From: Eledone cirrhosa
Lineage: Eukaryota
Direction of reading: 5' to 3'
Length of the DNA stretch: 64,000 nucleotides
Assembly: GCA_964016885.1 (NCBI GenBank)
Contig: OZ024752.1
Location: 7,688,001-7,752,000, forward strand
Both the position numbers and the translations under genes were made by a program. Every line of letters starts with the position of its first letter. Positions within the stretch are counted from its first letter, which is position 1. The notes beneath the pieces were generated by a model, which had not been told where the DNA came from, did not search any database, and saw only the letters and a list, made by a program, of their open reading frames with translations. Below are positions 1 through 14,933 of the stretch, in pieces.

Positions 1-3000
1 ACAGTAATACAGGGAATAATGTCATGACAGAGACAACAACCTGAAGTAAGAGACAGTAATACAGGGAATAATGTCATGACAGAGACAACAGCCTGAAGTA
101 AGAGACAGTAATACAGGGAATAATGTCATGACAGAGACAACAGCCTGAAGTAAGAGACAGTAATACAGGGAATAACACCATGACAGAGACAACAGCCTGC
201 AGTAAGAGACAGTAATACAGGGAATAACGCCATGACAGAGACAATAACCTGAAGTAAGAGACAGTAATACAGGGAATAACGCCATGACAGAGACAACAGC
301 CTGAAGTAAGAGACAGTAATACAGGGAATAATGTCATGACAGAGACAACAACCTGAAGTAAGAGACAGTAATACAGGGAATAACGCCATGACAGAGACAA
401 CAACCTGAAGTAAGAGACAGTAATACAGGGAATAATGTCATGACAGAGACAACAACCTGAAGTAAGAGACAGTAATACAGGGAATAATGCCATGACAGAG
501 ACAACAGCCTGAAGTAAGAGACAGTAATACAGGGAATAACGCCATGACAGAGACAACAACCTGAAGTAAGAGACAGTAATACAGGGAATAACACCATGAC
601 AGAGACAACAACCTGAAGTAAGAGACAGTAATACAGGGAATAATGCCATGACAGAGACAATAACCTGAAGTAAGAGACAGTAATACAGGGAATAATGTCA
701 TGACAGAGACAACAACCTGAAGTAAGAGACAGTAATACAGGGAATAACGCCATGACAGAGACAACAGCCTGCAGTAAGAGACAGTAATACAGGGAATAAC
801 GCCATGACAGAGACAACAGCCTGCAGTAAGAGACAGTAATACAGGGAATAACGCCATGACAGAGACAACAACCTGAAGTAAGAGACAGTAATACAGGGAA
901 TAATGTCATGACAGAGACAACAACCTGAAGTAAGAGACAGTAATACAGGGAATAATGTCATGACAGAGACAACAACCTGAAGTAAGAGACAGTAATACAG
1001 GGAATAATGCCATGACAGAGACAACAACCTGAAGTAAGAGACAGTAATACAGGGAATAATGTCATGACAGAGACAACAACCTGAAGTAAGAGACAGTAAT
1101 ACAGGGAATAACGCCATGACAGAGACAACAGCCTGAAGTAAGAGACAGTAATACAGGGAATAATGTCATGACAGAGACAACAACCTGAAGTAAGAGACAG
1201 TAATACAGGGAATAACGCCATGACAGAGACAACAACCTGAAGTAAGAGACAGTAATACAGGGAATAATGTCATGACAGAGACAACAACCTGAAGTAAGAG
1301 ACAGTAATACAGGGAATAACGCCATGACAGAGACAACAACCTGAAGTAAGAGACAGTAATACAGGGAATAATGTCATGACAGAGACAACAACCTGAAGTA
1401 AGAGACAGTAATACAGGGAATAACACCATGACAGAGACAACAACCTGAAGTAAGAGACAGTAATACAGGGAATAACACCATGACAGAGACAACAACCTGA
1501 AGTAAGAGACAGTAATACAGGGAATAATGTCATGACAGAGACAATAACCTGAAGTAAGAGACAGTAATACAGGGAATAACGCCATGACAGAGACAATAAC
1601 CTGAAGTAAGAGACAGTAATACAGGGAATAACACCATGACAGAGACAACAACCTGAAGTAAGAGACAGTAATACAGGGAATAATGTCATGACAGAGACAA
1701 CAACCTGAAGTAAGAGACAGTAATACAGGGAATAATGTCATGACAGAGACAACAACCTGAAGTAAGAGACAGTAATACAGGGAATAATGTCATGACAGAG
1801 ACAACAACCTGAAGTAAGAGACAGTAATACAGGGAATAATGTCATGACAGAGACAACAACCTGAAGTAAGAGACAGTAATACAGGGAATAACGCCATGAC
1901 AGAGACAATAACCTGAAGTAAGAGACAGTAATACAGGGAATAATGTCATGACAGAGACAACAACCTGAAGTAAGAGACAGTAATACAGGGAATAACACCA
2001 TGACAGAGACAACAGCCTGCAGTAAGAGACAGTAATACAGGGAATAACGCCATGACAGAGACAATAACCTGAAGTAAGAGACAGTAATACAGGGAATAAC
2101 GCCATGACAGAGACAATAACCTGAAGTAAGAGACAGTAATACAGGGAATAACACCATGACAGAGACAACAACCTGAAGTAAGAGACAGTAATACAGGGAA
2201 TAATGTCATGACAGAGACAACAACCTGAAGTAAGAGACAGTAATACAGGGAATAACGCCATGACAGAGACAATAACCTGAAGTAAGAGACAGTAATACAG
2301 GGAATAATGTCATGACAGAGACAACAACCTGAAGTAAGAGACAGTAATACAGGGAATAACACCATGACAGAGACAACAGCCTGCAGTAAGAGACAGTAAT
2401 ACAGGGAATAACGCCATGACAGAGACAATAACCTGAAGTAAGAGACAGTAATACAGGGAATAACGCCATGACAGAGACAATAACCTGAAGTAAGAGACAG
2501 TAATACAGGGAATAACACCATGACAGAGACAACAACCTGAAGTAAGAGACAGTAATACAGGGAATAATGCCATGACAGAGACAACAACCTGAAGTAAGAG
2601 ACAGTAATACAGGGAATAATGTCATGACAGAGACAACAACCTGAAGTAAGAGACAGTAATACAGGGAATAACGCCATGACAGAGACAATAACCTGAAGTA
2701 AGAGACAGTAATACAGGGAATAATGTCATGACAGAGACAATAACCTGAAGTAAGAGACAGTAATACAGGGAATAACGCCATGACAGAGACAATAACCTGA
2801 AGTAAGAGACAGTAATACAGGGAATAATGTCATGACAGAGACAACAACCTGAAGTAAGAGACAGTAATACAGGGAATAATGTCATGACAGAGACAACAAC
2901 CTGAAGTAAGAGACAGTAATACAGGGAATAATGTCATGACAGAGACAACAACCTGAAGTAAGAGACAGTAATACAGGGAATAACGCCATGACAGAGACAA

Positions 3001-5416
3001 TAACCTGAAGTAAGAGACAGTAATACAGGGAATAACGCCATGACAGAGACAATAACCTGAAGTAAGAGACAGTAATACAGGGAATAATGTCATGACAGAG
3101 ACAACAACCTGAAGTAAGAGACAGTAATACAGGGAATAACGTCATGACAGAGACAACAACCTGAAGTAAGAGACAGTAATACAGGGAATAACACCATGAC
3201 AGAGACAACAACCTGAAGTAAGAGACAGTAATACAGGGAATAACACCATGACAGAGACAACAACCTGAAGTAAGAGACAGTAATACAGGGAATAACACCA
3301 TGACAGAGACAACAACCTGAAGTAAGAGACAGTAATACAGGGAATAATGCCATGACAGAGACAATAACCTGAAGTAAGAGACAGTAATACAGGGAATAAC
3401 GCCATGACAGAGACAACAACCTGAAGTAAGAGACAGTAATACAGGGAATAACGCCATGACAGAGACAATAACCTGAAGTAAGAGACAGTAATACAGGGAA
3501 TAACGCCATGACAGAGACAATAACCTGAAGTAAGAGACAGTAATACAGGGAATAATGTCATGACAGAGACAACAACCTGAAGTAAGAGACAGTAATACAG
3601 GGAATAACGCCATGACAGAGACAATAACCTGAAGTAAGAGACAGTAATACAGGGAATAACGCCATGACAGAGACAATAACCTGAAGTAAGAGACAGTAAT
3701 ACAGGGAATAATGTCATGACAGAGACAACAACCTGAAGTAAGAGACAGTAATACAGGGAATAACGCCATGACAGAGACAACAACCTGAAGTAAGAGACAG
3801 TAATACAGGGAATAATGTCATGACAGAGACAACAACCTGAAGTAAGAGACAGTAATACAGGGAATAATGTCATGACAGAGACAACAACCTGAAGTAAGAG
3901 ACAGTAATACAGGGAATAATGTCATGACAGAGACAACAACCTGAAGTAAGAGACAGTAATACAGGGAATAACGCCATGACAGAGACAATAACCTGAAGTA
4001 AGAGACAGTAATACAGGGAATAACGCCATGACAGAGACAATAACCTGAAGTAAGAGACAGTAATACAGGGAATAATGTCATGACAGAGACAACAACCTGA
4101 AGTAAGAGACAGTAATACAGGGAATAATGTCATGACAGAGACAACAACCTGAAGTAAGAGACAGTAATACAGGGAATAATGTCATGACAGAGACAACAAC
4201 CTGAAGTAAGAGACAGTAATACAGGGAATAACGCCATGACAGAGACAATAACCTGAAGTAAGAGACAGTAATACAGGGAATAATGTCATGACAGAGACAA
4301 CAACCTGAAGTAAGAGACAGTAATACAGGGAATAACGTCATGACAGAGACAACAACCTGAAGTAAGAGACAGTAATACAGGGAATAACACCATGACAGAG
4401 ACAACAACCTGAAGTAAGAGACAGTAATACAGGGAATAACACCATGACAGAGACAACAACCTGAAGTAAGAGACAGTAATACAGGGAATAACACCATGAC
4501 AGAGACAACAACCTGAAGTAAGAGACAGTAATACAGGGAATAATGTCATGACAGAGACAATAACCTGAAGTAAGAGACAGTAATACAGGGAATAACACCA
4601 TGACAGAGACAACAACCTGAAGTAAGAGACAGTAATACAGGGAATAACACCATGACAGAGACAACAACCTGAAGTAAGAGACAGTAATACAGGGAATAAC
4701 ACCATGACAGAGACAACAACCTGAAGTAAGAGACAGTAATACAGGGAATAATGTCATGACAGAGACAATAACCTGAAGTAAGAGACAGTAATACAGGGAA
4801 TAACACCATGACAGAGACAACAACCTGAAGTAAGAGACAGTAATACAGGGAATAACACCATGACAGAGACAACAACCTGAAGTAAGAGACAGTAATACAG
4901 GGAATAATGTCATGACAGAGACAATAACCTGAAGTAAGAGACAGTAATACAGGGAATAACACCATGACAGAGACAACAACCTGAAGTAAGAGACAGTAAT
5001 ACAGGGAATAACACCATGACAGAGACAACAACCTGAAGTAAGAGACAGTAATACAGGGAATAACACCATGACAGAGACAACAACCTGAAGTAAGAGACAG
5101 TAATACAGGGAATAATGTCATGACAGAGACAATAACCTGAAGTAAGAGACAGTAATACAGGGAATAACGCCATGACAGAGACAACAACCTGAAGTAAGAG
5201 ACAGTAATACAGGGAATAACACCATGACAGAGACAACAACCTGAAGTAAGAGACAGTAATACAGGGAATAATGTCATGACAGAGACAATAACCTGAAGTA
5301 AGAGACAGTAATACAGGGAATAACGCCATGACAGAGACAACAACCTGAAGTAAGAGACAGTAATACAGGGAATAATGTTATGACAGAATCAATGACTTGA
5401 TGGAAGTAAGAGACAG
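1..5416. repeat. 52-bp minisatellite, ~103 copies, truncated by window edge
   Basis: CATGACAGAGACAAYARCCTGMAGTAAGAGACAGTAATACAGGGAATAAYRY. Confidence 0.98.
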
Positions 5417-5462
5417 AAAGGAGGGTGAGACTGAAAACAAAAGTGTTGATAAAATATGTTAC

Positions 5463-5536
5463 CATTAGTTTAAATATTCCGGGTTCTTCATAAAACTTAG
5501 CAGCCACAAAATCCAAAAGTTCATATTGGTGTTCAC
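5463..5536 (-). CDS. DMC1: DMC1 coding exon 9
   Basis: [24 protein letters not shown], acag/gtaac. Confidence 0.95.
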
Positions 5537-8500
5537 CTGTGACAGGTAAATTAGATTTGTTCAAAATGTAATTATATAAAATTGAAACATAAGTCTAAAC
5601 TGTTTAAATATTGATACAGATGTTGTTACAGATGTTGATATATATGTGTCTAGTGTACAGATGTTGATACAGATGTGGCTAGTGTACAGATGTTGATACA
5701 GATGTGGCTAGTGTACAGATGTTGATACAGATGTGTCTAGTGTACAGATGTGGCTAGTGTACAGATGTTGATACAGATGTGTCTAGTGTACAGATGTGGC
5801 TAGTGTACAGATGTTGATACAGATGTGTCTAGTGTACAGATGTTGATATAGATGTGGCTAGTGTACAGATGTTGATACAGATGTGGCTAGTGTACAGATG
5901 TTGATACAGATGTGGCTAGTGTACAGATGTTGATACAGATGTGGCTAGTGTACAGATGTTGATACAGATGTGGCTAGTGTACAGATGTGGCTAGTGTACA
6001 GATGTTGATACAGATGTGGCTAGTGTACAGATGTTGATACAGATGTGGCTAGTGTACAGATGTTGATACAAATGTGGCTAGTGTACAGATGTGGCTAGTG
6101 TACAGATGTTGATACAGATGTGGCTAGTGTACAGATGTTGATACAGATGTGGCTAGTGTACAGATGTTGATACAGATGTGGCTAGTGTACAGATGTTGAT
6201 ATAGATGTGGCTAGTGTACAGATGTTGATGCAGATGTGGCTAGTGTACAGATGTTGATACAGATGTGTCTAGTGTACAGATGTTGATACAGATGTGGCTA
6301 GTGTACAGATGTTGATACAGATGTGGCTAGTGTACAGATGTTGATACAGATGTGTCTAGTGTACAGATGTGGCTAGTGTACAGATGTTGATACAGATGTG
6401 TCTAGTGTACAGATGTTGATACAGATGTGTCTAGTGTACAGATGTTGATATAGATGTGGCTAGTGTACAGATGTTGATACAGATGTGGCTAGTGTACAGA
6501 TGGTGATACAGATGTGGCTAGTGTACAGATGTTGATACAGATGTGGCTAGTGTACAGATGTTGATACAGATGTGGCTAGTGTACAGATGTTGATACAGAT
6601 GTGGCTAGTGTACAGATGTTGATACAGATGTGGCTAGTGTACAGATGTTGATACAGATGTGGCTAGTGTACAGATGTTGATACAGATGTGGCTAGTGTAC
6701 AGATGTTGATGCAGATGTGGCTAGTGTACAGATGTTGATGCAGATGTGGCTAGTGTACAGATGTGGCTAGTGTACAGATGTTGATACAGATGTGGCTAGT
6801 GTACAGATGTTGATACAGATGTGGCTAGTGTACAGATGTGGCTAGTGTACAGATGTTGATACAGATGTGTCTAGTGTACAGATGTGGCTAGTGTACAGAT
6901 GTTGATACAGATGTGTCTAGTGTACAGATGTTGATATAGATGTGGCTAGTGTACAGATGTTGATACAGATGTGGCTAGTGTACAGATGTTGATACAGATG
7001 TGGCTAGTGTACAGATGTTGATACAGATGTGGCTAGTGTACAGATGTTGATACAGATGTGGCTAGTGTACAGATGTTGATACAGATGTGGCTAGTGTACA
7101 GATGTGGCTAGTGTACAGATGTTGATACAGATGTGGCTAGTGTACAGATGTTGATACAGATGTGGCTAGTGTACAGATGTTGATACAGATGTGGCTAGTG
7201 TACAGATGTTGATACAGATGTGGCTAGTGTACAGATGTTGATACAGATGTGGCTAGTGTACAGATGTTGATACAGATGTGGCTAGTGTACAGATGTTGAT
7301 ACAGATGTGGCTAGTGTACAGATGTTGATACAGATGTGGCTAGTGTACAGATGTTGATACAGATGTGGCTAGTGTACAGATGTTGATACAGATGTGGCTA
7401 GTGTACAGATGTTGATGCAGATGTGGCTAGTGTACAGATGTTGATGCAGATGTGGCTAGTGTACAGATGTTGATGCAGATGTGGCTAGTGTACAGATGTG
7501 GCTAGTGTACAGATGTGGCTAGTGTACAGATGTTGATGCAGATGTGGCTAGTGTACAGATGTTGATACAGATGTGGCTAGTGTACAGATGTTGATACAGA
7601 TGTGTCTAGTGTACAGATGTTGATACAGATGTGGCTAGTGTACAGATGTTGATTCAGATGTGGCTAGTGTACAGATGTTGATACAGATGTGGCTAGTGTA
7701 CAGATGTTGATACAGATGTGGCTAGTGTACAGATGTTGATACAGATGTGGCTAGTGTACAGATGTTGATACAGATGTGTCTAGTGTACAGATGTTGATAC
7801 AGATGTGGCTAGTGTACAGATGTTGATACAGATGTGGCTAGTGTACAGATGTTGATACAGATGTGGCTAGTGTACAGATGTTGATGCAGATGTGGCTAGT
7901 GTACAGATGTTGATGCAGATGTGGCTAGTGTACAGATGTTGATGCAGATGTGGCTAGTGTACAGATGTGGCTAGTGTACAGATGTTGATACAGATGTGGC
8001 TAGTGTACAGATGTTGATACAGATGTGGCTAGTGTACAGATGTTGATGCAGATGTGGCTAGTGTACAGATGTGGCTAGTGTACAGATGTTGATACAGATA
8101 TGTCTAGTGTACAGATGTTGATACAGATGTGGCTAGTGTACAGATGTTGATACAGATGTGGCTAGTGTACAGATGTTGATACAGATGTGGCTAGTGTACA
8201 GATGTTGATACAGATGTGGCTAGTGTACAGATGTTTATACAGATGTGGCCAGATGTTGATACAGATGTGTCTACACTATTGATAAAATATATGTCACTAA
8301 ACCACTTGTAGTTATATATACTCTAGTATATAGTATATTGTCTAAAACATATGGTGTATATAGTTATATATACAACACTATCTAAAATATATGGTGTATA
8401 TAGTTATATATAGTACAGTGTCTAAAATATATGGTGTATATAGTTATATATAGTACAGTGTCTAAAACATATGGTGTATATAGTTATATATACGACACTG

Positions 8501-11500
8501 TCTAAAATATATGGTGTATATAGTTATATATAGTACAGTGTCTAAAACATATGGTGTATATAGTTATATATTCTGAGCGCCTTGCTTCCCTGGGCATGGA
8601 TTCATTGAAACTCCGACGCCTGGCAACTGACTTGGTAAACACCCAAAAAATTGTTAACCATGTTGCCAACAACAACCCTGAGTACCTTTTTGATTTCCAT
8701 GTGTCTAACACACGTGGACATGCCCACAAAGTAAGAAAACAGTACAGTTCCCATGACTTTCGGAAACATTTTTTCACGCTCAGAGTTGCTGAAGCATGGA
8801 AGAAACTACCTGCTGTCGAGACACTGCATCCTTTAAGGCCTCCATGCTTCCCGAGATCCGCCAACACTACAGCTAAAACATACACACATGTACTTCCCTG
8901 ACATTTGTGTATTATTCTATGTACTATATTGACGAGTTGTAGTGCACCTGAGCACTTTACACAATAATTTCATTATTATATACGACACTGTCTAAAATAT
9001 ATGGTGTATATAGTTATATATAGTACAGTGTGTAAAATATATGGTGTATATATATACTCTATTATATAGTACATTGTCTAAAATATATGGTGTATATATA
9101 TATATACTCTAGTATATAGTACATTGTCTAAAATATATGGTGTATATAGTTATATATAGTACAGTGTCTAACATATATGGTGTATATATATATATACTCT
9201 AATATATACAACACTGTCTAAAATATATGGTGTATATAGTTATATATACTCTAGTATATACGACACTGTCTAAAATATATGGTGTATATATATGTACTCA
9301 CTTGTATAAGCTCTGGCATATAAGACATTGTCTAGAACTGCATCTTGATCCAGATTAAACCGGTCTGCAATGTCTCTCAAGCGGTCAGGACGACTTCATC
9401 ATGTTAAAGATAAATATATTCAAGCTAGACATAACTATCTAATTAACACAATTCTAATTAAACTAAATATTTCAATATATTCAACAGGTGGAATTGCTTA
9501 TCAAGCTCTTCCAAAGATTTCACTAGAAGAAGCAGGTTGTCAGCATACTTATAGACAGCCTGTCTTAACCCTTTACATTACTCTATATATACTATTGTAT
9601 TGTCACAGTAAAGGCTTTACCTCACATAACATTTACATTACTCTATATATACTATTGTATTTTCACAGTAAAGGCTTTACCTCACATAATATCTCACATA
9701 ACATTTACATTACTCTCTATATACTATTGTATTGTCACAGTAAAGGCTTTACCTCACATAATATCTCACATAACATTTACATTACTCTATATATACTATT
9801 GTATTGTCACAGTAAAGGCTTTACCTCACATAACATTTACATTACTCTCTATATACTATTGTATTGTCACAGTAAAGGCTTTACCTCACATAATACCTCA
9901 CATAACATTTACATTACTCTATATATACTATTGTATTGTCACAGTAAAGGCTTTACCTCACATAATACCTCACATAACATTTACATTACTCTCTATATAC
10001 TATTGTATTTTCACAGTAAAGGCTTTACCTCACATAACATTTACCTTACTCTATATATACTATTGTATTTTCACAGTAAAGACTTTACCTCACATAACAT
10101 TTACATTACTCTATATATACTATTGTATTGTCACAGTAAAGGCTTTACCTCACATAATATCTCACATAACATTTACATTACTCTATATATACTATTGTAT
10201 TGTCACAGTAAAGGCTTTACCTCACATAATACCTCACATAACATTTACATTACTCTATATATACTATTGTATTTTCACAGTAAAGGCTTTACCTCACATA
10301 ACATTTACCTTACTCTATATATACTATTATATTTTCACAGTAAAGACTTTACCTCACATAACATTTACATTACTCTATATATACTATTGTATTGTCACAG
10401 TAAAGGCTTTACCTCACATAATATCTCACATAACATTTACATTACTCTATATATACTATTGTATTGTCACAGTAAAGGCTTTACCTCACATACTATCTTA
10501 CATAACATTTACATTACTCTATATATACTATTGTATTGTCACAGTAAAGGCTTTACCTCACATAATATCTCACATAACATTTACAGTACTCTATATATAC
10601 TATTGTATTGTCACAGTAAAGGCTTTACCTCACATAATATCTCACATAACATTTACCTTACTCTATATATACTATTGTATTTTCACAGTAAAGACTTTAC
10701 CTCACATAACATTTACATTACTCTATATATACTATTGTATTGTCACAGTAAAGGCTTTACCTCACATAATATCTCACATAACATTTACATTACTCTATAT
10801 ATACTATTGTATTGTCACAGTAAAGGCTTTACCTCACATAATACCTCACATAACATTTACATTACTCTATATATACTATTGTATTTTCACAGTAAAGGCT
10901 TTACCTCACATAACATTTACCTTACTCTATATATACTATTATATTTTCACAGTAAAGACTTTACCTCACATAACATTTACATTACTCTATATATACTATT
11001 GTATTGTCACAGTAAAGGCTTTACCTCACATAATATCTCACATAACATTTAAATTACTCTATATATACTATTGTATTGTCACAGTAAAGGCTTTACCTCA
11101 CATAATATCTCACATAACATTTAAATTACTCTATATATACTATTGTATTGTCACAGTAAAGGCTTTACCTCACATAATATCTTACATAACATTTACATTA
11201 CTCTATATACTATTGTATTGTCACAGTAAAGGCTTTACCTCACATAATATCTCACATAACATTTACAGTACTCTATATATACTATTGTATTGTCACAGTA
11301 AAGGCTTTACCTCACATAATATCTCACATAACATTTACATTACTCTATATATACTATTGTATTTTCACAGTAAAGGCTTTACCTCACATAATATCTCACA
11401 TAACATTTACATTACTCTATATATACTATTGTATTTTCACAGTAAAGGCTTTACCTCACATAATATCGAATCTATGAGATTTTGATATTATTTATTTTGA

Positions 11501-12348
11501 AAACGATGATGATGATGATGATGATGATGACTTTACCTGTCAACTAACTTCTCCTTTATCTACCTGTTATATATCTTTGCTACCTCTATTCCCAGTCATT
11601 TCACACCTGTCTCATGTCTTTAACATCTCTTACAATGCTGTTGTTGCTACTGAAGCTGATCATGCTAAGTTAAGGATACAAGGTATTCTCTGTGTCAACA
11701 AACACCACTTTTCCACCTGTATAACCACTGGTGCCAGGGAGCTGGGCAGTAACTACAAGTTAAATATTAAAATATTAATTAATACACAAGTTCACACACA
11801 CACACACACACATATAACAAAATGAAATGACAGAATAGATTTCATAAACCATTTAAGTCTTACAAATGCTTCTGTATTACAATTTAGTAAAAACAAAAGA
11901 GGGGTGGTATTGAATATAAGGTATTATTAAATATTGTACATCTTCAGAAGCAATATAAATGATTATATAATGACCTTGTATTAGCAAACACTAAAGAAAA
12001 CAAATTGTTGTACAGTTGGAGAAGTACATCTTTATATAAACAATGACAGTTATTTATGACAGGTATACAGTACAGTATACATCAGGGTTTCCCAAACTTT
12101 TTGGTTCAGAAACTTTAAGAGGAACCCTAAAGTCTAATACTGTTATATGGTCGTAATATATATATATATATACTCCTCTACTTTTATATGGTCGTAATAT
12201 ATATATATATAGCTCTCTACTGTTATATGGTAGTAATATATAATATACCTCTCTACTGTTATATGGTTGTAATATATATATATATATATAGCTCTCTACT
12301 GTTATATGGTAGTAATATATAATATACCTCTCTACTGTTATATGGTTG

Positions 12349-12400
<52 letters not shown>

Positions 12401-13755
12401 CTCTCTACTGTTATATGGTAGTAATATATAATATAGCTCTCTACTGTTATATGGTAGTAATATATATATATAGCTCTCTACTGTTATATGGTAGTAATAT
12501 ATAATATAGCTCTCTACTGTTATATGGTAGTAATATATAATATACCTCTCTACTGTTATATGGTAGTAATATATATATATACCTCTCTACTGTTATATGG
12601 TAGTAATATATATATATACGTCTCTACTGTTATATGGTAGTAATATATATATATATACTCCTCTACTGTTATATGGTAGTAATATATATATATACCTCTC
12701 TACTGTTATATGGTAGTAATATATATATATATACTCCTCTACTGTTATATGGTAGTAATATATATATACCTCTACCTTTTTTCATGGAACCCCAGACACT
12801 CCTTCATAGAACCCACTTTGGGAACCCCTGCTCTACAGTATTTAAATGTGAGTTTTTGTGCTGTTTAGTGTTTTTTATGGTTTAATATTTTTGTCAGACC
12901 AACGTAAAGGTGAGTCAATTGACATAACACGAGGTTGATTTTTGTCATATAATATTAAGAAAAACTGCTGTAACTTTGAAAATGATGAAATTCAAAACAA
13001 CATAAGCCAAGGTATACCTGTATGAATAGACAGACATGCCAGCGTGGAAGATGGACGTTAAACAATGATGATGATGATGATGACGATGATTGGTTAATGT
13101 AATCCTAGATACATTGTCTGAAAATATGATGAGATGGTCAATATTAAAGTTGACCAGACAGACACATTGGTTAATGTAGTCCTAGATACATTGTCTGAAA
13201 ATATGATGAGATGGTCAATATTAAAGTTGACCAGGGGCTATACAACAACAACAATGACAACTTACCACATAATGTGTGCGAGAGCTGTGTCTTGCCTGTC
13301 CGAAACTCTCCAAAGGCCTCTGTGATAGCCATACTTTCAATACCACCACCGAGAAGTTTACTAAAACACAGAAATATTCATTTTAGAGAAACATGATTTT
13401 CTGGAGACATATTTAGGAGAGGAACAAATGAAATGAAAGAAATAAATGTATCTACATACTCCAGCTCATCACTCCCAGTTGAAATATGGAATATCTGCTT
13501 CCTTTTATGGGCGTATTGCAGAGCAGTGAAGAAACCATTCTCCTGAAAACAACAACAATTAGAATTGGAAATATTTCTATTTCTATACATTTGGGAAATT
13601 CTAAATACACCCACAATAATTGTAGTTATACACAGATTATAACTGGCAACAAATATATATACATAGCTATAATGAAATAATATATATACACACATAATTG
13701 TAATGAAATAAATACACACATAACTATCATGAAATATATACAAATAACTGACATC

Positions 13756-13791
<36 letters not shown>

Positions 13792-14884
13792 CTGTCATGA
13801 AATATACATATATACATAACTGTCATCAAATATATATATATAACTGTCATGAAATATATATATATAACTGTCATGAAATATATATACAGGACTGTCATCA
13901 AATATATATATATAACTGTCATGAAATATATATATATAACTGTCATGAAATATATATACAGGACTGTCATCAAATATATATATAACTGTCATCAAATATA
14001 TATATAACTGTCATCAAATATATATACATGACTGTCATCAAATATATATACATGACTGTCATCAAATATATATACATGACTGTCATCAAATATATATACA
14101 TGACTGTCATCAAATATATATACATGACTGTCATCAAATATATATATATAACTGTCATCAAATATATATACATGACGCTCATCAAATATATATATATAAC
14201 TGTCATCAAATATATATATATAACTGTCATCAAATATATATATATAACTGTCATCAAATATATATATAACTGTCATCAAATATATATATATAACTGTCAT
14301 CAAATATATATATAGGACTGTCATCAAATATATATATAGGACTGTCATCAAATATATATACATGACTGTCATCAAATATATATACATGACTGTCATCAAA
14401 TATATATATAGGACTGTCATCAAATATATATATAGGACTGTCATCAAATATATATACATGACTGTCATCAAATATATATATAGGACTGTCATCAAATATA
14501 TATATAGGACTGTCATCAAATATATATACATGACTGTCATCAAATATATATACATGACTGTAGTGAAATATATACACATATTCTCATAAACATACATGTG
14601 AATGAAGATAGGAAGGACATCGGTCCAGCTGTAGAGACTAGACCAAATAAAGGGTTGAGAAAATACTTCAGTTGTGTCAAAGACAACATGGCAGCAATCT
14701 AATGACAAACATTATAAGAATCTGAATTACTTACACAAATTTTCAATGAAGCTTCTTTGATTTTCTCCATTTTTGCTTCTGAAATACCTTTTATTGTACA
14801 CATCTTCTTCCTAGTGGTCATATGGATCCCCTGGGTATAACAGGTACAGTTTCAATACACCACATATATATATATATACATACA

Positions 14885-14933
<49 letters not shown>

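Noticed and set aside
1-5370. CRISPR-like array or Cys/Leu-rich proteins from overlapping ORFs
   Set aside because: No unique spacers, no cas genes, eukaryotic intron; ORFs are satellite artefacts
9488-9535. Possible plus-strand exon ACAG|GTGGAATT..GCAG|GTTGT
   Set aside because: Weak donor, no partner exons or recognisable protein
9370-11052. 560-aa ORF
   Set aside because: Translation of 60/72-bp MITE-derived array antisense to DMC1
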